Of a stretch of 64,000 bases of DNA, positions 44,262-54,645 are shown in pieces; position 1 is the stretch's first letter, and each line of letters opens with the position of its first letter. The stretch is from Escherichia coli (GTDB lineage: Bacteria > Pseudomonadota > Gammaproteobacteria > Enterobacterales > Enterobacteriaceae). Both the position numbers and the translations under genes were made by a program. Under the pieces are notes generated by a model that saw only the letters and a list, made by a program, of their open reading frames with translations, did not search any database and was not told the DNA's origin. The stretch lies in the NCBI RefSeq assembly GCF_024700885.2, contig NZ_CP117016.1; one strand, given 5' to 3'.

Positions 44262-44677
44262 TGAGTGGAACCTTACTCGCCTTCGACTTCGGTACCAAAA
44301 GCATTGGTGTAGCGGTCGGCCAACGCATTACCGGCACCGCTCGCCCTTTGCCTGCAATTAAAGCGCAGGACGGTACGCCGGACTGGAACCTCATCGAACG
44401 TTTACTGAAAGAGTGGCAGCCGGACGAAATCATCGTCGGTTTACCGCTGAATATGGACGGCACAGAACAGCCGTTGACTGCCAGAGCGCGTAAATTTGCC
44501 AACCGTATTCATGGTCGTTTCGGTGTTGAAGTAAAGCTCCATGACGAGCGTCTTAGCACCGTAGAAGCGCGCTCCGGTCTGTTTGAACAAGGTGGCTACC
44601 GGGCGCTTAATAAAGGCAAAGTCGACTCTGCCTCTGCGGTTATTATTCTCGAAAGTTATTTCGAGCAGGGGTATTAA
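44261..44677 (+). CDS. ruvX: Holliday-junction-resolvase-like protein RuvX (YqgF)
   Basis: ORF 44135..44677; start at [25 protein letters not shown] overlap with yqgE stop; 138 aa. Confidence 0.92.
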
Positions 44678-44703
44678 GGCGATTTACGTCATCGCTCCTT
44701 ATT

Positions 44704-44760
44704 GCCGGATGCGGCGTGAATGACTACGTTTGTAGGCCTGATAAGCGTAGCGCATCAGGC
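44704..44760. repeat. REP pair (BIME) between ruvX and yggR
   Basis: GCCGGATGCGGCGTGAATG ... GTAGGCCTGATAAGCGTAGCGCATCAGGC. Confidence 0.75.
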
Positions 44761-44791
44761 ATATTTACTAAACTAATCAATCACTTTAGCC

Positions 44792-45772
44792 TCACAAACG
44801 TCCTTCCCCTACCCGCTGCTGATAACTCTGCTGAAACGTTAACATCCCCACCTGCTGCCCGGTTTGAATAACATGCGGCAACTGGTGGGTTTTCCCTTCG
44901 CGAATCAAATTCCCCACCGCGGGAATGTTAATCAGCAATTCAAACAGCGCCACGCGTCCTTCCTGTTTATCCACTTCCAGCTTTTGTGACAACACCGCCC
45001 GTAAACTCCCTGCCAGTTGATTACGCACGGGATCTTTTTCCTGCGCCGGAAACGAATCCACCAGTCGCTCAACTGCCTGCGCTGCGCCGCGCGTGTGTAA
45101 TGTCGCCAGCACCAGATGCCCGGTTTCTGCCGCCGTCAGCGCCAGACGGATTGTCTCGCTGTCACGCAGCTCTCCCAGCAAAATCACATCAGGATCTTCC
45201 CGCAATGCAGCCCGCAATCCCGATGCGAACGTCATACAGTGCAAACCAATCTCCCGCTGCTGGATCAAACATCGCTGGCTGGCATAGAGATATTCAACAG
45301 GATCTTCCAGCGTCAGAATATGCGCATCGGCATGTTGATTGAGATAGCCAACCATCGCCGCCAGCGTGGTAGATTTGCCGCTCCCCGTCGCCCCCGTCAC
45401 CAGAATCAGGCCATTCTCGCTCTTGAGTAATTCCGGCAATACCGGTGGCGCACCAAGCTGTTCGAGCTGTGGACAGTGCGAAGGTAACAACCGTAATGCC
45501 AGAGAAATACCTTGCCGTTGCGCGAACGCACTGCCACGCAACCGCTGGTTTTCCGCCAGCGACACAGCAAAATCCAACTGACCATTCTCCAGCAATATTG
45601 TCCGCTGATCGTCATCCAGCCACTCCCGCAGTAGCTCTTCGACGTCCGGCGCATCAAATGGCGCAGCTTCCATTCGCCCGCGAATGCGCCATCGTGCGGG
45701 CCAGGCGCTGCACAGGTGTAGATCCGAGACGTTATGCTTTACACTAAGGGCCACAATTTCTTCCATATACAT
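44792..45772 (-). CDS. yggR: PilT-like type IV pilus ATPase homologue
   Basis: ORF 44792..45847; start at M(Y)MEEIVALSVKHNVSDLHL; Walker A GATGSGKST; 326 aa. Confidence 0.88.
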   Translation of the reverse strand: MYMEEIVALSVKHNVSDLHLCSAWPARWRIRGRMEAAPFDAPDVEELLREWLDDDQRTILLENGQLDFAVSLAENQRLRGSAFAQRQGISLALRLLPSHCPQLEQLGAPPVLPELLKSENGLILVTGATGSGKSTTLAAMVGYLNQHADAHILTLEDPVEYLYASQRCLIQQREIGLHCMTFASGLRAALREDPDVILLGELRDSETIRLALTAAETGHLVLATLHTRGAAQAVERLVDSFPAQEKDPVRNQLAGSLRAVLSQKLEVDKQEGRVALFELLINIPAVGNLIREGKTHQLPHVIQTGQQVGMLTFQQSYQQRVGEGRL

Positions 45773-45789
45773 ACTAAGATCCTCGGAAA

Positions 45790-46494
45790 ATGAACGATAT
45801 TGCGCATAACCTGGCACAGGTCCGGGACAAAATCTCAGCGGCTGCAACGCGTTGCGGCCGTTCTCCAGAAGAAATTACGCTGCTTGCAGTCAGTAAAACA
45901 AAACCTGCGAGCGCCATCGCAGAAGCCATTGATGCCGGGCAGCGTCAATTTGGTGAAAACTACGTTCAGGAAGGGGTAGATAAAATTCGCCACTTTCAGG
46001 AACTGGGCGTAACAGGATTAGAATGGCATTTTATTGGCCCGTTGCAGTCTAATAAAAGCCGCCTGGTGGCAGAGCATTTCGACTGGTGTCATACCATCGA
46101 CCGTTTGCGCATTGCTACCCGCCTCAACGATCAGCGCCCGGCAGAACTTCCCCCTCTTAACGTACTGATTCAAATTAATATTAGTGACGAAAACAGTAAG
46201 TCCGGGATTCAACTGGCAGAACTGGACGAGCTGGCAGCTGCGGTCGCTGAACTACCGCGTTTACGTCTGCGCGGGCTGATGGCAATCCCTGCGCCTGAGT
46301 CAGAATATGTAAGGCAGTTTGAAGTTGCACGCCAAATGGCTGTAGCATTTGCCGGACTGAAAACGCGCTACCCGCATATCGACACGCTCTCTCTGGGAAT
46401 GTCGGACGATATGGAAGCCGCCATTGCGGCAGGTAGCACGATGGTTCGTATCGGCACTGCAATTTTTGGTGCGCGTGATTACTCTAAAAAATAA
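45790..46494 (+). CDS. yggS: PLP homeostasis protein (YggS family)
   Basis: 234 aa, MNDIAHNLAQVRDKISAAA... Confidence 0.92.
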   Translation: MNDIAHNLAQVRDKISAAATRCGRSPEEITLLAVSKTKPASAIAEAIDAGQRQFGENYVQEGVDKIRHFQELGVTGLEWHFIGPLQSNKSRLVAEHFDWCHTIDRLRIATRLNDQRPAELPPLNVLIQINISDENSKSGIQLAELDELAAAVAELPRLRLRGLMAIPAPESEYVRQFEVARQMAVAFAGLKTRYPHIDTLSLGMSDDMEAAIAAGSTMVRIGTAIFGARDYSKK

Positions 46495-46511
46495 GGAATT
46501 AAAGGAACGCC

Positions 46512-47078
46512 ATGAATACGTTGACTTTCCTGCTTTCAACGGTCATTGAGCTGTATACCATGGTGCTGTTATTACGCATCTGGATGCAGTGGGCTCATTG
46601 TGATTTTTACAACCCCTTCTCACAGTTTGTAGTGAAGGTAACGCAGCCAATTATCGGGCCACTGCGCCGCGTTATTCCGGCTATGGGTCCCATTGACAGC
46701 GCCTCGCTGCTGGTTGCCTATATTCTCAGTTTTATCAAAGCCATCGTGCTGTTTAAAGTGGTGACCTTCCTGCCAATCATCTGGATTGCCGGTTTACTGA
46801 TTCTGCTGAAAACCATCGGCCTGCTGATTTTCTGGGTCCTGCTGGTGATGGCGATTATGAGCTGGGTAAGCCAGGGTCGTAGTCCGATTGAATACGTGCT
46901 GATTCAGCTGGCCGATCCGCTGCTGCGCCCGATTCGCCGCCTGCTACCGGCAATGGGTGGGATTGATTTCTCGCCGATGATCCTCGTTCTGCTGCTGTAT
47001 GTCATCAATATGGGTGTCGCAGAAGTCTTGCAGGCGACCGGAAATATGCTGCTGCCGGGGCTGTGGATGGCGTTATGA
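46512..47078 (+). CDS. yggT: YggT-family inner membrane protein
   Basis: 188 aa membrane protein. Confidence 0.88.
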
Positions 47079-47365
47079 GTGCCGTAACAGTTAATGATGA
47101 CGGTCTGGTTTTACGGCTCTATATTCAGCCGAAAGCCAGCCGTGATTCTATTGTCGGTTTACATGGCGACGAGGTAAAAGTCGCCATAACCGCGCCGCCG
47201 GTTGACGGCCAGGCCAACAGCCATCTGGTGAAGTTTCTCGGTAAGCAATTCCGGGTTGCCAAAAGCCAGGTGGTGATTGAAAAAGGCGAACTTGGCCGCC
47301 ACAAACAAATTAAAATCATTAATCCGCAACAAATCCCGCCAGAAATCGCGGCGTTAATTAATTAG
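47075..47365 (+). CDS. yggU: DUF167 protein YggU
   Basis: ORF 47063..47365; likely start [11 protein letters not shown] at 47075. Confidence 0.85.
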
Positions 47366-47372
47366 GTATCCT

Positions 47373-47966
47373 ATGCAAAAAGTTGTCCTCGCAACCGGCA
47401 ATGCCGGTAAAGTGCGTGAGCTGGCGTCGCTGCTTAGCGACTTCGGTCTTGATATCGTGGCCCAAACAGACCTCGGCGTAGATTCCGCTGAAGAAACCGG
47501 CCTGACCTTTATCGAAAACGCGATTCTGAAAGCGCGCCATGCGGCAAAAGTGACCGGTTTACCGGCAATTGCCGACGACTCCGGTCTGGCGGTAGATGCG
47601 CTGGGTGGCGCGCCGGGTATTTACTCCGCGCGTTATTCCGGTGAAGACGCGACCGATCAAAAGAACCTGCAAAAACTGCTGGAAACAATGAAAGACGTAC
47701 CGGACGACCAACGTCAGGCGCGTTTCCACTGCGTGCTGGTATATCTGCGTCACGCGGAAGATCCGACTCCGCTGGTATGCCACGGCAGCTGGCCGGGCGT
47801 GATTACTCGTGAACCAGCGGGTACTGGCGGCTTTGGTTATGATCCAATCTTCTTCGTACCTTCCGAAGGAAAAACCGCTGCCGAACTGACCCGCGAAGAA
47901 AAGAGCGCCATTTCCCACCGTGGTCAGGCGTTGAAACTGCTGCTGGACGCTTTACGTAATGGTTAA
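47373..47966 (+). CDS. rdgB: dITP/XTP pyrophosphatase
   Basis: 197 aa, [21 protein letters not shown]... Confidence 0.93.
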
Positions 47967-49095
47967 ATTACCGCCGCTGAGTCTCTACATTCACATCCCG
48001 TGGTGCGTGCAGAAATGCCCGTACTGCGATTTCAACTCTCACGCGTTGAAAGGAGAAGTGCCGCACGACGATTATGTTCAGCATCTGCTTAACGATCTGG
48101 ACAACGATGTGGCTTACGCTCAGGGCCGTGAAGTGCAGACAATCTTTATTGGCGGTGGTACGCCGAGCCTGCTTTCCGGCGCGGCGATGCAAATGCTGCT
48201 GGACGGCGTACGTGCGCGTTTGCCGCTGGCAGCGGATGCAGAGATTACTATGGAAGCGAACCCTGGTACGGTTGAAGCCGATCGCTTTGTCGATTATCAG
48301 CGTGCTGGTGTGAACCGCATCTCTATTGGTGTGCAGAGTTTTAGCGAAGAAAAGCTGAAACGACTTGGGCGCATTCATGGCCCGCAAGAAGCGAAACGAG
48401 CGGCAAAACTTGCAAGCGGGCTGGGGCTGCGTAGTTTTAACCTTGATTTGATGCATGGGCTGCCGGATCAATCACTGGAAGAGGCGCTTGGCGATCTGCG
48501 CCAGGCCATTGAACTGAATCCGCCGCATCTTTCCTGGTATCAACTGACCATCGAACCTAATACGCTGTTTGGCTCGCGCTCTCCTGTACTGCCGGACGAT
48601 GACGCGCTGTGGGATATTTTCGAACAGGGGCATCAGTTATTAACCGCAGCGGGCTATCAGCAGTATGAAACATCCGCTTACGCCAAACCAGGTTATCAGT
48701 GCCAGCACAATCTCAACTACTGGCGATTTGGCGACTACATCGGTATTGGCTGCGGCGCGCACGGCAAAGTGACCTTCCCGGATGGGCGCATTCTGCGTAC
48801 CACCAAAACGCGTCATCCGCGTGGTTTTATGCAAGGAAGGTATCTGGAAAGCCAGCGTGATGTCGAAGCCGCAGATAAGCCGTTTGAGTTCTTTATGAAT
48901 CGCTTCCGTCTGCTGGAAGCCGCGCCGCGCGTGGAGTTTAGCCAGTATACTGGCCTTTCTGAAGAAGTTATTCGCTCTCAGTTAGACGAGGCCATCGCTC
49001 AGGGTTATCTCACAGAATGTGCGGATTACTGGCAGATAACGGAACATGGTAAATTATTCTTAAACTCACTTCTTGAATTATTCCTCGCTGAGTAA
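47959..49095 (+). CDS. hemW: radical SAM heme chaperone HemW (YggW)
   Basis: 378 aa, CxxxCxxC ([10 protein letters not shown]); overlaps rdgB stop. Confidence 0.92.
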
Positions 49096-49097
49096 TC

Positions 49098-49130
49098 ATT
49101 AATGCGCCTGCGGGCGCATTAATCACTTCT
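49098..49130 (+). terminator. perfect palindromic hairpin after hemW
   Basis: ATTAATGCGCC-TGCG-GGCGCATTAAT followed by CACTTCTTTT. Confidence 0.55.
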
Positions 49131-49408
49131 TTTACCCCCCCGTTAATTAACTTCGGCAAAAATATATTTCTTACTGAATAAATATCGACGATATTTATTA
49201 TATATATTTAGTGAATATTTACTCATCATTTATTGATTATAAACATGTACAACCTGGCGCACAAAATTAATATTTAATTTCTGACTTTATTTCAAGTTGT
49301 GATAAACATAGACAAGTTGTCAGACAGGTTAACCAATTTGTCGCACAAAGCACTGATAAGCACAATTAGATATCAACCAATTTCCATCCTTCAACAGGGA
49401 GTTTTTTT

Positions 49409-50395
49409 ATGAAAATGAGGTCATTTACCCGCTCATTAGTCTGCGCATCCTTGCTGGCTCTGGTTAGCACTGGCGTAAACGCCGCAGAAAAAGTGACGTT
49501 AAAGTTAGCACACAACCTGGAAAGAAGTCATGTTGTACATCAGAGTTTTGAAGAGCTGGCGAAAGAGGTAAAACAGCTGTCAAAAGGTAATATGGTGATC
49601 CGTATTTATCCCAGCAGCCAGATGGGTAATGCGCGAGAAACTATGGAGTTGTTGCAAAATGGTGCACTGGATATGACCAAAGGTTCCGCCAGTGATCTGG
49701 AGTCTTTTGATAATATTTATGCTATCTATAATTTGCCGTTCTTATTTAAAGATCAGGCGCACTTCAACAAAGTGGTTTTTGGTGAAGTTGGTAAAGAAAT
49801 TATGGATTCAACAAAAGATAAAGGCTTTTTTGCTTTATCAGCTTATGTAGCGGGTACACGCAGTTTCTATGCGAAAAAACCGATTACTAAGCCAGAAGAT
49901 CTTAAAGGGCTGAAAATTCGTGTTCAGCCAAGCCCGACCACCATCAAAATGATTGAACTGATGGGTGGCTCACCCACTCCAATTTCATTTGGCGAAGTTT
50001 ATACTGCGATGCAGCAAGGTGTAGTAGATGGCGCAGAAAATAACGTGCCTTCCTGGGTGCAGACTCGACATATCGAAATTGCCAAAGTCTTTTCTGAAGA
50101 TGAACATGCCTCAATTCCTGACTTTTTGGTTATCTCCACCAAAACATGGAATAAATTAACCCCAGAACAGCAACAAATCCTCGAAACAGCGGCGAAGAAA
50201 TCCGAAGCTTATCAACAAAAATTGTGGGAAAAAATTGACGCTGACACACGTGCTCAGGCGAAAGCTATGGGTGGTGAAATCGTTAAGGTTGATAAAGCCC
50301 CATTCCGTGCCGCAGTTCAACCTCTGTTTGACGACTTCAAAAAAGATCCAAAACAAGCTGCTTTGTTAGAGAAATTCGACAACGCTGCTCAATAA
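49409..50395 (+). CDS. TRAP transporter solute-binding protein (DctP family)
   Basis: 328 aa, signal peptide, DctP-like, conserved Arg in ..AGTRSF.. Confidence 0.82.
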   Translation: MKMRSFTRSLVCASLLALVSTGVNAAEKVTLKLAHNLERSHVVHQSFEELAKEVKQLSKGNMVIRIYPSSQMGNARETMELLQNGALDMTKGSASDLESFDNIYAIYNLPFLFKDQAHFNKVVFGEVGKEIMDSTKDKGFFALSAYVAGTRSFYAKKPITKPEDLKGLKIRVQPSPTTIKMIELMGGSPTPISFGEVYTAMQQGVVDGAENNVPSWVQTRHIEIAKVFSEDEHASIPDFLVISTKTWNKLTPEQQQILETAAKKSEAYQQKLWEKIDADTRAQAKAMGGEIVKVDKAPFRAAVQPLFDDFKKDPKQAALLEKFDNAAQ

Positions 50396-50430
50396 TATTT
50401 CGGGCCAGTCTCTGGCCCTGATTTTCCAGG

Positions 50431-50943
50431 ATGCTTACAATGATATTTAACCGCCTGAAACTTGCGGTAGACCGCGTCATTGCCGCGTTTTCTGTCGCCG
50501 TAATGCTTGCTCTGGTTGTATGCGTAGTCTGGCAAGTATTTAGCCGCTACGTACTTAACCAGCCAAGTACATTAACCGATGAACTGGCACGCTTTTTGAT
50601 GATCTGGGTAGGATTATTAGGTGCTGCATATACCGTCGGCGCGCAGAGACATCTCTCTATCGATTTATTTGCTCTCGCCCTGAATAAGCGCAAGCAATTA
50701 CTTCTTAGTATAGTCATTAACGTTCTTATTTTAGGTTTTGCCGGTTCGGTCATTGTGACTGGTGGCCTGAAATTAATTGATAAAACACTGGCAACATCAC
50801 AGGTATCTGCCGCGATGCAAATACCGATGGGATACGTATATATCATTCTGCCATTAAGTGGATTGGTGATGATGTTTTATGCCTTGTGTTTTATTAATCA
50901 AAGCATTCAACAACTGAAACAACCTGCGCAGGAGGCCAGTTAA
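50431..50943 (+). CDS. TRAP transporter small permease (DctQ family)
   Basis: 170 aa, 4 predicted TM segments. Confidence 0.8.
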   Translation: MLTMIFNRLKLAVDRVIAAFSVAVMLALVVCVVWQVFSRYVLNQPSTLTDELARFLMIWVGLLGAAYTVGAQRHLSIDLFALALNKRKQLLLSIVINVLILGFAGSVIVTGGLKLIDKTLATSQVSAAMQIPMGYVYIILPLSGLVMMFYALCFINQSIQQLKQPAQEAS

Positions 50944-52244
50944 TGGATAGTTATATCGCGCTTACACTGTTTGGCTGTTTTTTTGTGCTGGTCTTTATTG
51001 GTGTGCCCATTTCGTTCTCAATCGGTATTGCCACTGTAGCTTCAATGCTGTTGATGTTTCCCTGGGATATCGCGGCAATCACTGTTTCGCAGCGACTGGC
51101 TAATGGACTGGATAACTTTGCCCTATTGGCAATCCCCTTTTTCATCTTTGCCGGAACGCTGATGAACAGCGGCGGTATTGCGATACGTTTGATTAACCTC
51201 GCCCAGGTAATGGTTGGCCGCGTTCCTGGTTCGCTTGGTCATGTGAACGTCCTGGCGAATATGATGTTTGGTTCCATTTCTGGTTCAGCCGTTGCGGCAG
51301 CTGCTGCCGTTGGTGGCACACTGAATCCCATTCAGACCAAAGAAGGTTATGATCCGGCATTTTCTACCGCTGTAAACGTCTCATCTTGTATTACTGGATT
51401 ACTGATACCGCCCTCAAACGTGTTAATTGTGTTTTCCCTGACAGCTGGCGGCGTTTCTGTAGCATCGTTATTTATGGCGGGATATTTGCCAGGGATCTTA
51501 ATGGGTCTCGCGGTAATGATAGTCTGCGGCATTATTGCTAAACGCCGTGGCTACCCACTTTCAGAAAGAGCAACCTTTGCTCAGGCATGTAAAGCTTTTC
51601 TGGATGCCTTACCAAGTTTGCTTCTGGTGTTCATTGTAATGGGCGGCATTCTGGGCGGCATTTTTACCGCAACTGAAGCGTCAGCAATTGCCGTTGTCTA
51701 CACATTTATTCTCTCGGTGCTGATTTACCGGGAAGTAAAATGGCGCGATTTACCCAAACTGATTCTGGAATCGGTTGTTACCACTTCGATTGTATTACTG
51801 TTGATCGGTTTTTCCGTGGGCATGTCCTGGGCAATGACCAATGCTGATATTCCTTATATGATCAGCGACGCATTGATGGGGATTTCTGATAACCCACTGA
51901 TCATATTGCTGCTGATTAATATCGTCTTATTAATTGTCGGCATCTTTATGGACATGACACCGGCTGTACTAATCTTCACACCAATCTTCTTGCCGATTGC
52001 ACAAGAGCTGGGAATGGATCCGGTACATTTCGGTATTATGATGGTGGCTAACCTTTGTATTGGGCTGTTAACACCGCCGGTGGGTAGTGCGCTATTTGTT
52101 GGTTGTTCTATTTCAGGTGTGAAGATTCAACATTTGATCAAACCATTGCTGCCATTTTATGCCGCATTGTTAATCGCGTTGATGATGATCACTTACATCC
52201 CGCAAATATCCTTGTTCATTCCACAGCTACTAGGGCTAATGTAA
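50943..52244 (+). CDS. TRAP transporter large permease (DctM family)
   Basis: 433 aa polytopic membrane protein; ATG overlaps dctQ stop (TAATG). Confidence 0.85.
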   Translation: MDSYIALTLFGCFFVLVFIGVPISFSIGIATVASMLLMFPWDIAAITVSQRLANGLDNFALLAIPFFIFAGTLMNSGGIAIRLINLAQVMVGRVPGSLGHVNVLANMMFGSISGSAVAAAAAVGGTLNPIQTKEGYDPAFSTAVNVSSCITGLLIPPSNVLIVFSLTAGGVSVASLFMAGYLPGILMGLAVMIVCGIIAKRRGYPLSERATFAQACKAFLDALPSLLLVFIVMGGILGGIFTATEASAIAVVYTFILSVLIYREVKWRDLPKLILESVVTTSIVLLLIGFSVGMSWAMTNADIPYMISDALMGISDNPLIILLLINIVLLIVGIFMDMTPAVLIFTPIFLPIAQELGMDPVHFGIMMVANLCIGLLTPPVGSALFVGCSISGVKIQHLIKPLLPFYAALLIALMMITYIPQISLFIPQLLGLM

Positions 52245-52252
52245 AAAATAAT

Positions 52253-52283
52253 TTGCCGGATAACTTTTTATATTATCCGGCAA
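52253..52283. terminator. hairpin between convergent dctM-like gene and yggM
   Basis: TTGCCGGATAA-loop-TTATCCGGCAA 11-bp stem. Confidence 0.5.
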
Positions 52284-52299
52284 AGGTACTTAACATGAG

Positions 52300-53307
52300 T
52301 TACTTAATCACTCCATTGCGCCGCAGTTGTTCGGTATCTTTTTTCCAGCGTTCATTAGCCTGATTGATATCGTCAATTTTCATCAAAATCGCGACTTTTT
52401 TACTGTTTATTTCTGAAACTTTCATCGTTAACGGATATTGCCCTTTCTCGAGCGTTATCCAGTCATCCTGCAATTTACGGCTAAGTTTTTGTGATTGCAG
52501 AAAAGTCTGTCGCCGTTGTTCGTTGATATCGAAATCTCGCTTCTGCTGAATTGGCACTTCATAACACTCTGCACTCTGTTTATGACATGCCACAATCGCC
52601 GGTTGATAAACCTCTTTGTCATATTTAACCGCGAAAGCCTCGCTATCGTTCTGTTTATTAAACTCATCACGCTGTTGGTGAATTTTTTTAAAGGCGTCTT
52701 CGCGGGTCATTTGCTTACCGTTTGCATCTTTTCCCCAATATGCATCCGCTGCTTTCTGCGCCGCCACCATTTGCTTATCAAGCGCTTTCACTTCCTTTTC
52801 CAGCGCAGGAATCGAGTTCTTCTGGTTATTCAACGCTGATTCAAGCTGACTAAAGCGATAATTGAAATCTTCGCTATTCACGATCAGATATTTATTATTC
52901 GTTTTGATATCGTCGACCACCCGTCCACGATCGCTGGCTGCCGCCTGAAAAGAGTAAAAGTTCACCGACCAGCCAGACGCGGGCGTTCCTTTACTGGTTA
53001 ACATCGCCGAGAATTTTACCGGTTTATCTTTCGTCCAGGTCTGTTCGAGCAGTTCGTAATCTGCCAACTGACCGACCCAGGTATAGAGATCGTCACTGGA
53101 AGAGACATCGCCTTCCGCTGACCAGGTGGCCTGATTACCCTTAGCATCAAGATTTTTTAAGCTGATGGCATCAAGCTTGAGAATGCCGTGATACTGCTTT
53201 TTGAATTGATCTTTTAAGATATTTTCAGTTGGCGGTTCGCCATCTGCCCAGACATTACCAGTCATCAACATAAGCAGCGCCGTGCCAACAATCCATTGCT
53301 TTTTCAC
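52300..53307 (-). CDS. yggM: DUF1202-family periplasmic protein YggM
   Basis: 335 aa with signal peptide MKKQWIVGTALLMLMTGNVWA. Confidence 0.85.
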   Translation of the reverse strand: MKKQWIVGTALLMLMTGNVWADGEPPTENILKDQFKKQYHGILKLDAISLKNLDAKGNQATWSAEGDVSSSDDLYTWVGQLADYELLEQTWTKDKPVKFSAMLTSKGTPASGWSVNFYSFQAAASDRGRVVDDIKTNNKYLIVNSEDFNYRFSQLESALNNQKNSIPALEKEVKALDKQMVAAQKAADAYWGKDANGKQMTREDAFKKIHQQRDEFNKQNDSEAFAVKYDKEVYQPAIVACHKQSAECYEVPIQQKRDFDINEQRRQTFLQSQKLSRKLQDDWITLEKGQYPLTMKVSEINSKKVAILMKIDDINQANERWKKDTEQLRRNGVIK

Positions 53308-53390
53308 CCGAAAACCCTCTCGCGGAATAATTTACTGCGGTGATTATCATTAGGGTAATGAAAATTGGCAATGGACGTAAGTCTGAAGTG

Positions 53391-53416
53391 AAAAAGCCCC
53401 GGCACGATACCGGGGC
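53391..53416 (-). terminator. rho-independent terminator after ansB
   Basis: GCCCCGG-loop-CCGGGGC followed on minus strand by U5. Confidence 0.7.
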
Positions 53417-53423
53417 GAGGTGA

Positions 53424-54470
53424 TTAGTACTGATTGAAGATCTGCTGGATCTGCTGCGGATCTTTGGTTTGCGTCAGAGCCAGTTGCAGCAGAACGCGCG
53501 CTTTTTGCGGGTTCAGCGTGCCAGAGGCCACGAAGCCATATTTCGCATCATCCACTTCGGCATCCTGAGTGGTAGCGCCCGTCGGTACGCGGGAAGAACG
53601 CACGACTGCAGTGCCGTTTTTCGCGGCGGTCGCCAGAGTGTCGAACACGGATTTATACAGGTTACCGTTACCCACACCAGCGCTGACGATACCATCATAG
53701 CCCGCATCTACCAGTGCTTTAGCCGGAAGATCGGATGCGTTAGCGTAGTTATAAACGATGCCGACTTTCGGCAGCTCATTCAGCTTAGATACATCGAATG
53801 GCGTATCGCTGGTGTGCTTACGTGCCGGGGTACGTTGGTAGTCAATCTTACCGTTGTGAATGTAACCCAGAGGACCGTAGTTAACAGACTTGAAGGTCGC
53901 TACGTCGGTGGTGTTGGTTTTGGTGACATCGCGACCGTCCAGTACGGTGTCGTTCATCACCACCAGCACGCCACGATTAGCTGAGGCCTTATCAGCTGCG
54001 GTCACTACCGCGTTATACAGGTTGAATGGACCGTCTGCGCTCATGGACGTGGACGGGCGCATTGCGCCGACCATCACCACCGGTTTGTCGCATTTCACCG
54101 TCAGGTCGAGGAAGTAAGCGGTTTCTTCCATCGTGTCGGTACCGTGGGTAATGACGAAGCCGTCGGTTTTATCGCAGTCGGTGTTAATTTTTTTCGCCAG
54201 TGTCAGCCAGACATTATCGTTCATGTCCTGGGAGCCGATATTCACTACCTGCTCGCCTTTAACGTTCGCAATGTCCTTCAGTTGCGGCACCGCATTAACC
54301 AGATTTTCTACGCCAACTTTACCCGCTGTGTAGTTAGATTTGGTTGCGGAGTCACCACCACCGGCAATGGTCCCGCCGGTTGCTAAAATGGTGATATTGG
54401 GTAATGCCAATGCTGCACCACTAAAACCCATAACCAGTGCGGCAAGTGCCGTCTTTTTGAAAAACTCCAT
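53424..54470 (-). CDS. ansB: L-asparaginase II (periplasmic)
   Basis: 348 aa, MEFFKKTALAALVMGFSGAALALPNITILATGGTIAGGG... Confidence 0.95.
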   Translation of the reverse strand: MEFFKKTALAALVMGFSGAALALPNITILATGGTIAGGGDSATKSNYTAGKVGVENLVNAVPQLKDIANVKGEQVVNIGSQDMNDNVWLTLAKKINTDCDKTDGFVITHGTDTMEETAYFLDLTVKCDKPVVMVGAMRPSTSMSADGPFNLYNAVVTAADKASANRGVLVVMNDTVLDGRDVTKTNTTDVATFKSVNYGPLGYIHNGKIDYQRTPARKHTSDTPFDVSKLNELPKVGIVYNYANASDLPAKALVDAGYDGIVSAGVGNGNLYKSVFDTLATAAKNGTAVVRSSRVPTGATTQDAEVDDAKYGFVASGTLNPQKARVLLQLALTQTKDPQQIQQIFNQY

Positions 54471-54645
54471 TTCATTCCTCCAGTTACGTGAACGCTACGC
54501 ATTATCCCTTAGCTTTGTATGGGAAATTTGACGTTAAACAATTTACAACGTGAATATATTTTGGAGATCTACAAAGTTAGAGGCAGGTAACAAAACGAAG
54601 AATTAAACGGCATAAAAAAGTATTATGCCGTCTTAAAATAGAGGA

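Noticed and set aside
54527-54541. FNR site upstream of ansB (TTGACGTTAAACAA)
   Set aside because: Only about 7 of 10 consensus positions match and I cannot recall the mapped ansB site precisely; left unannotated.
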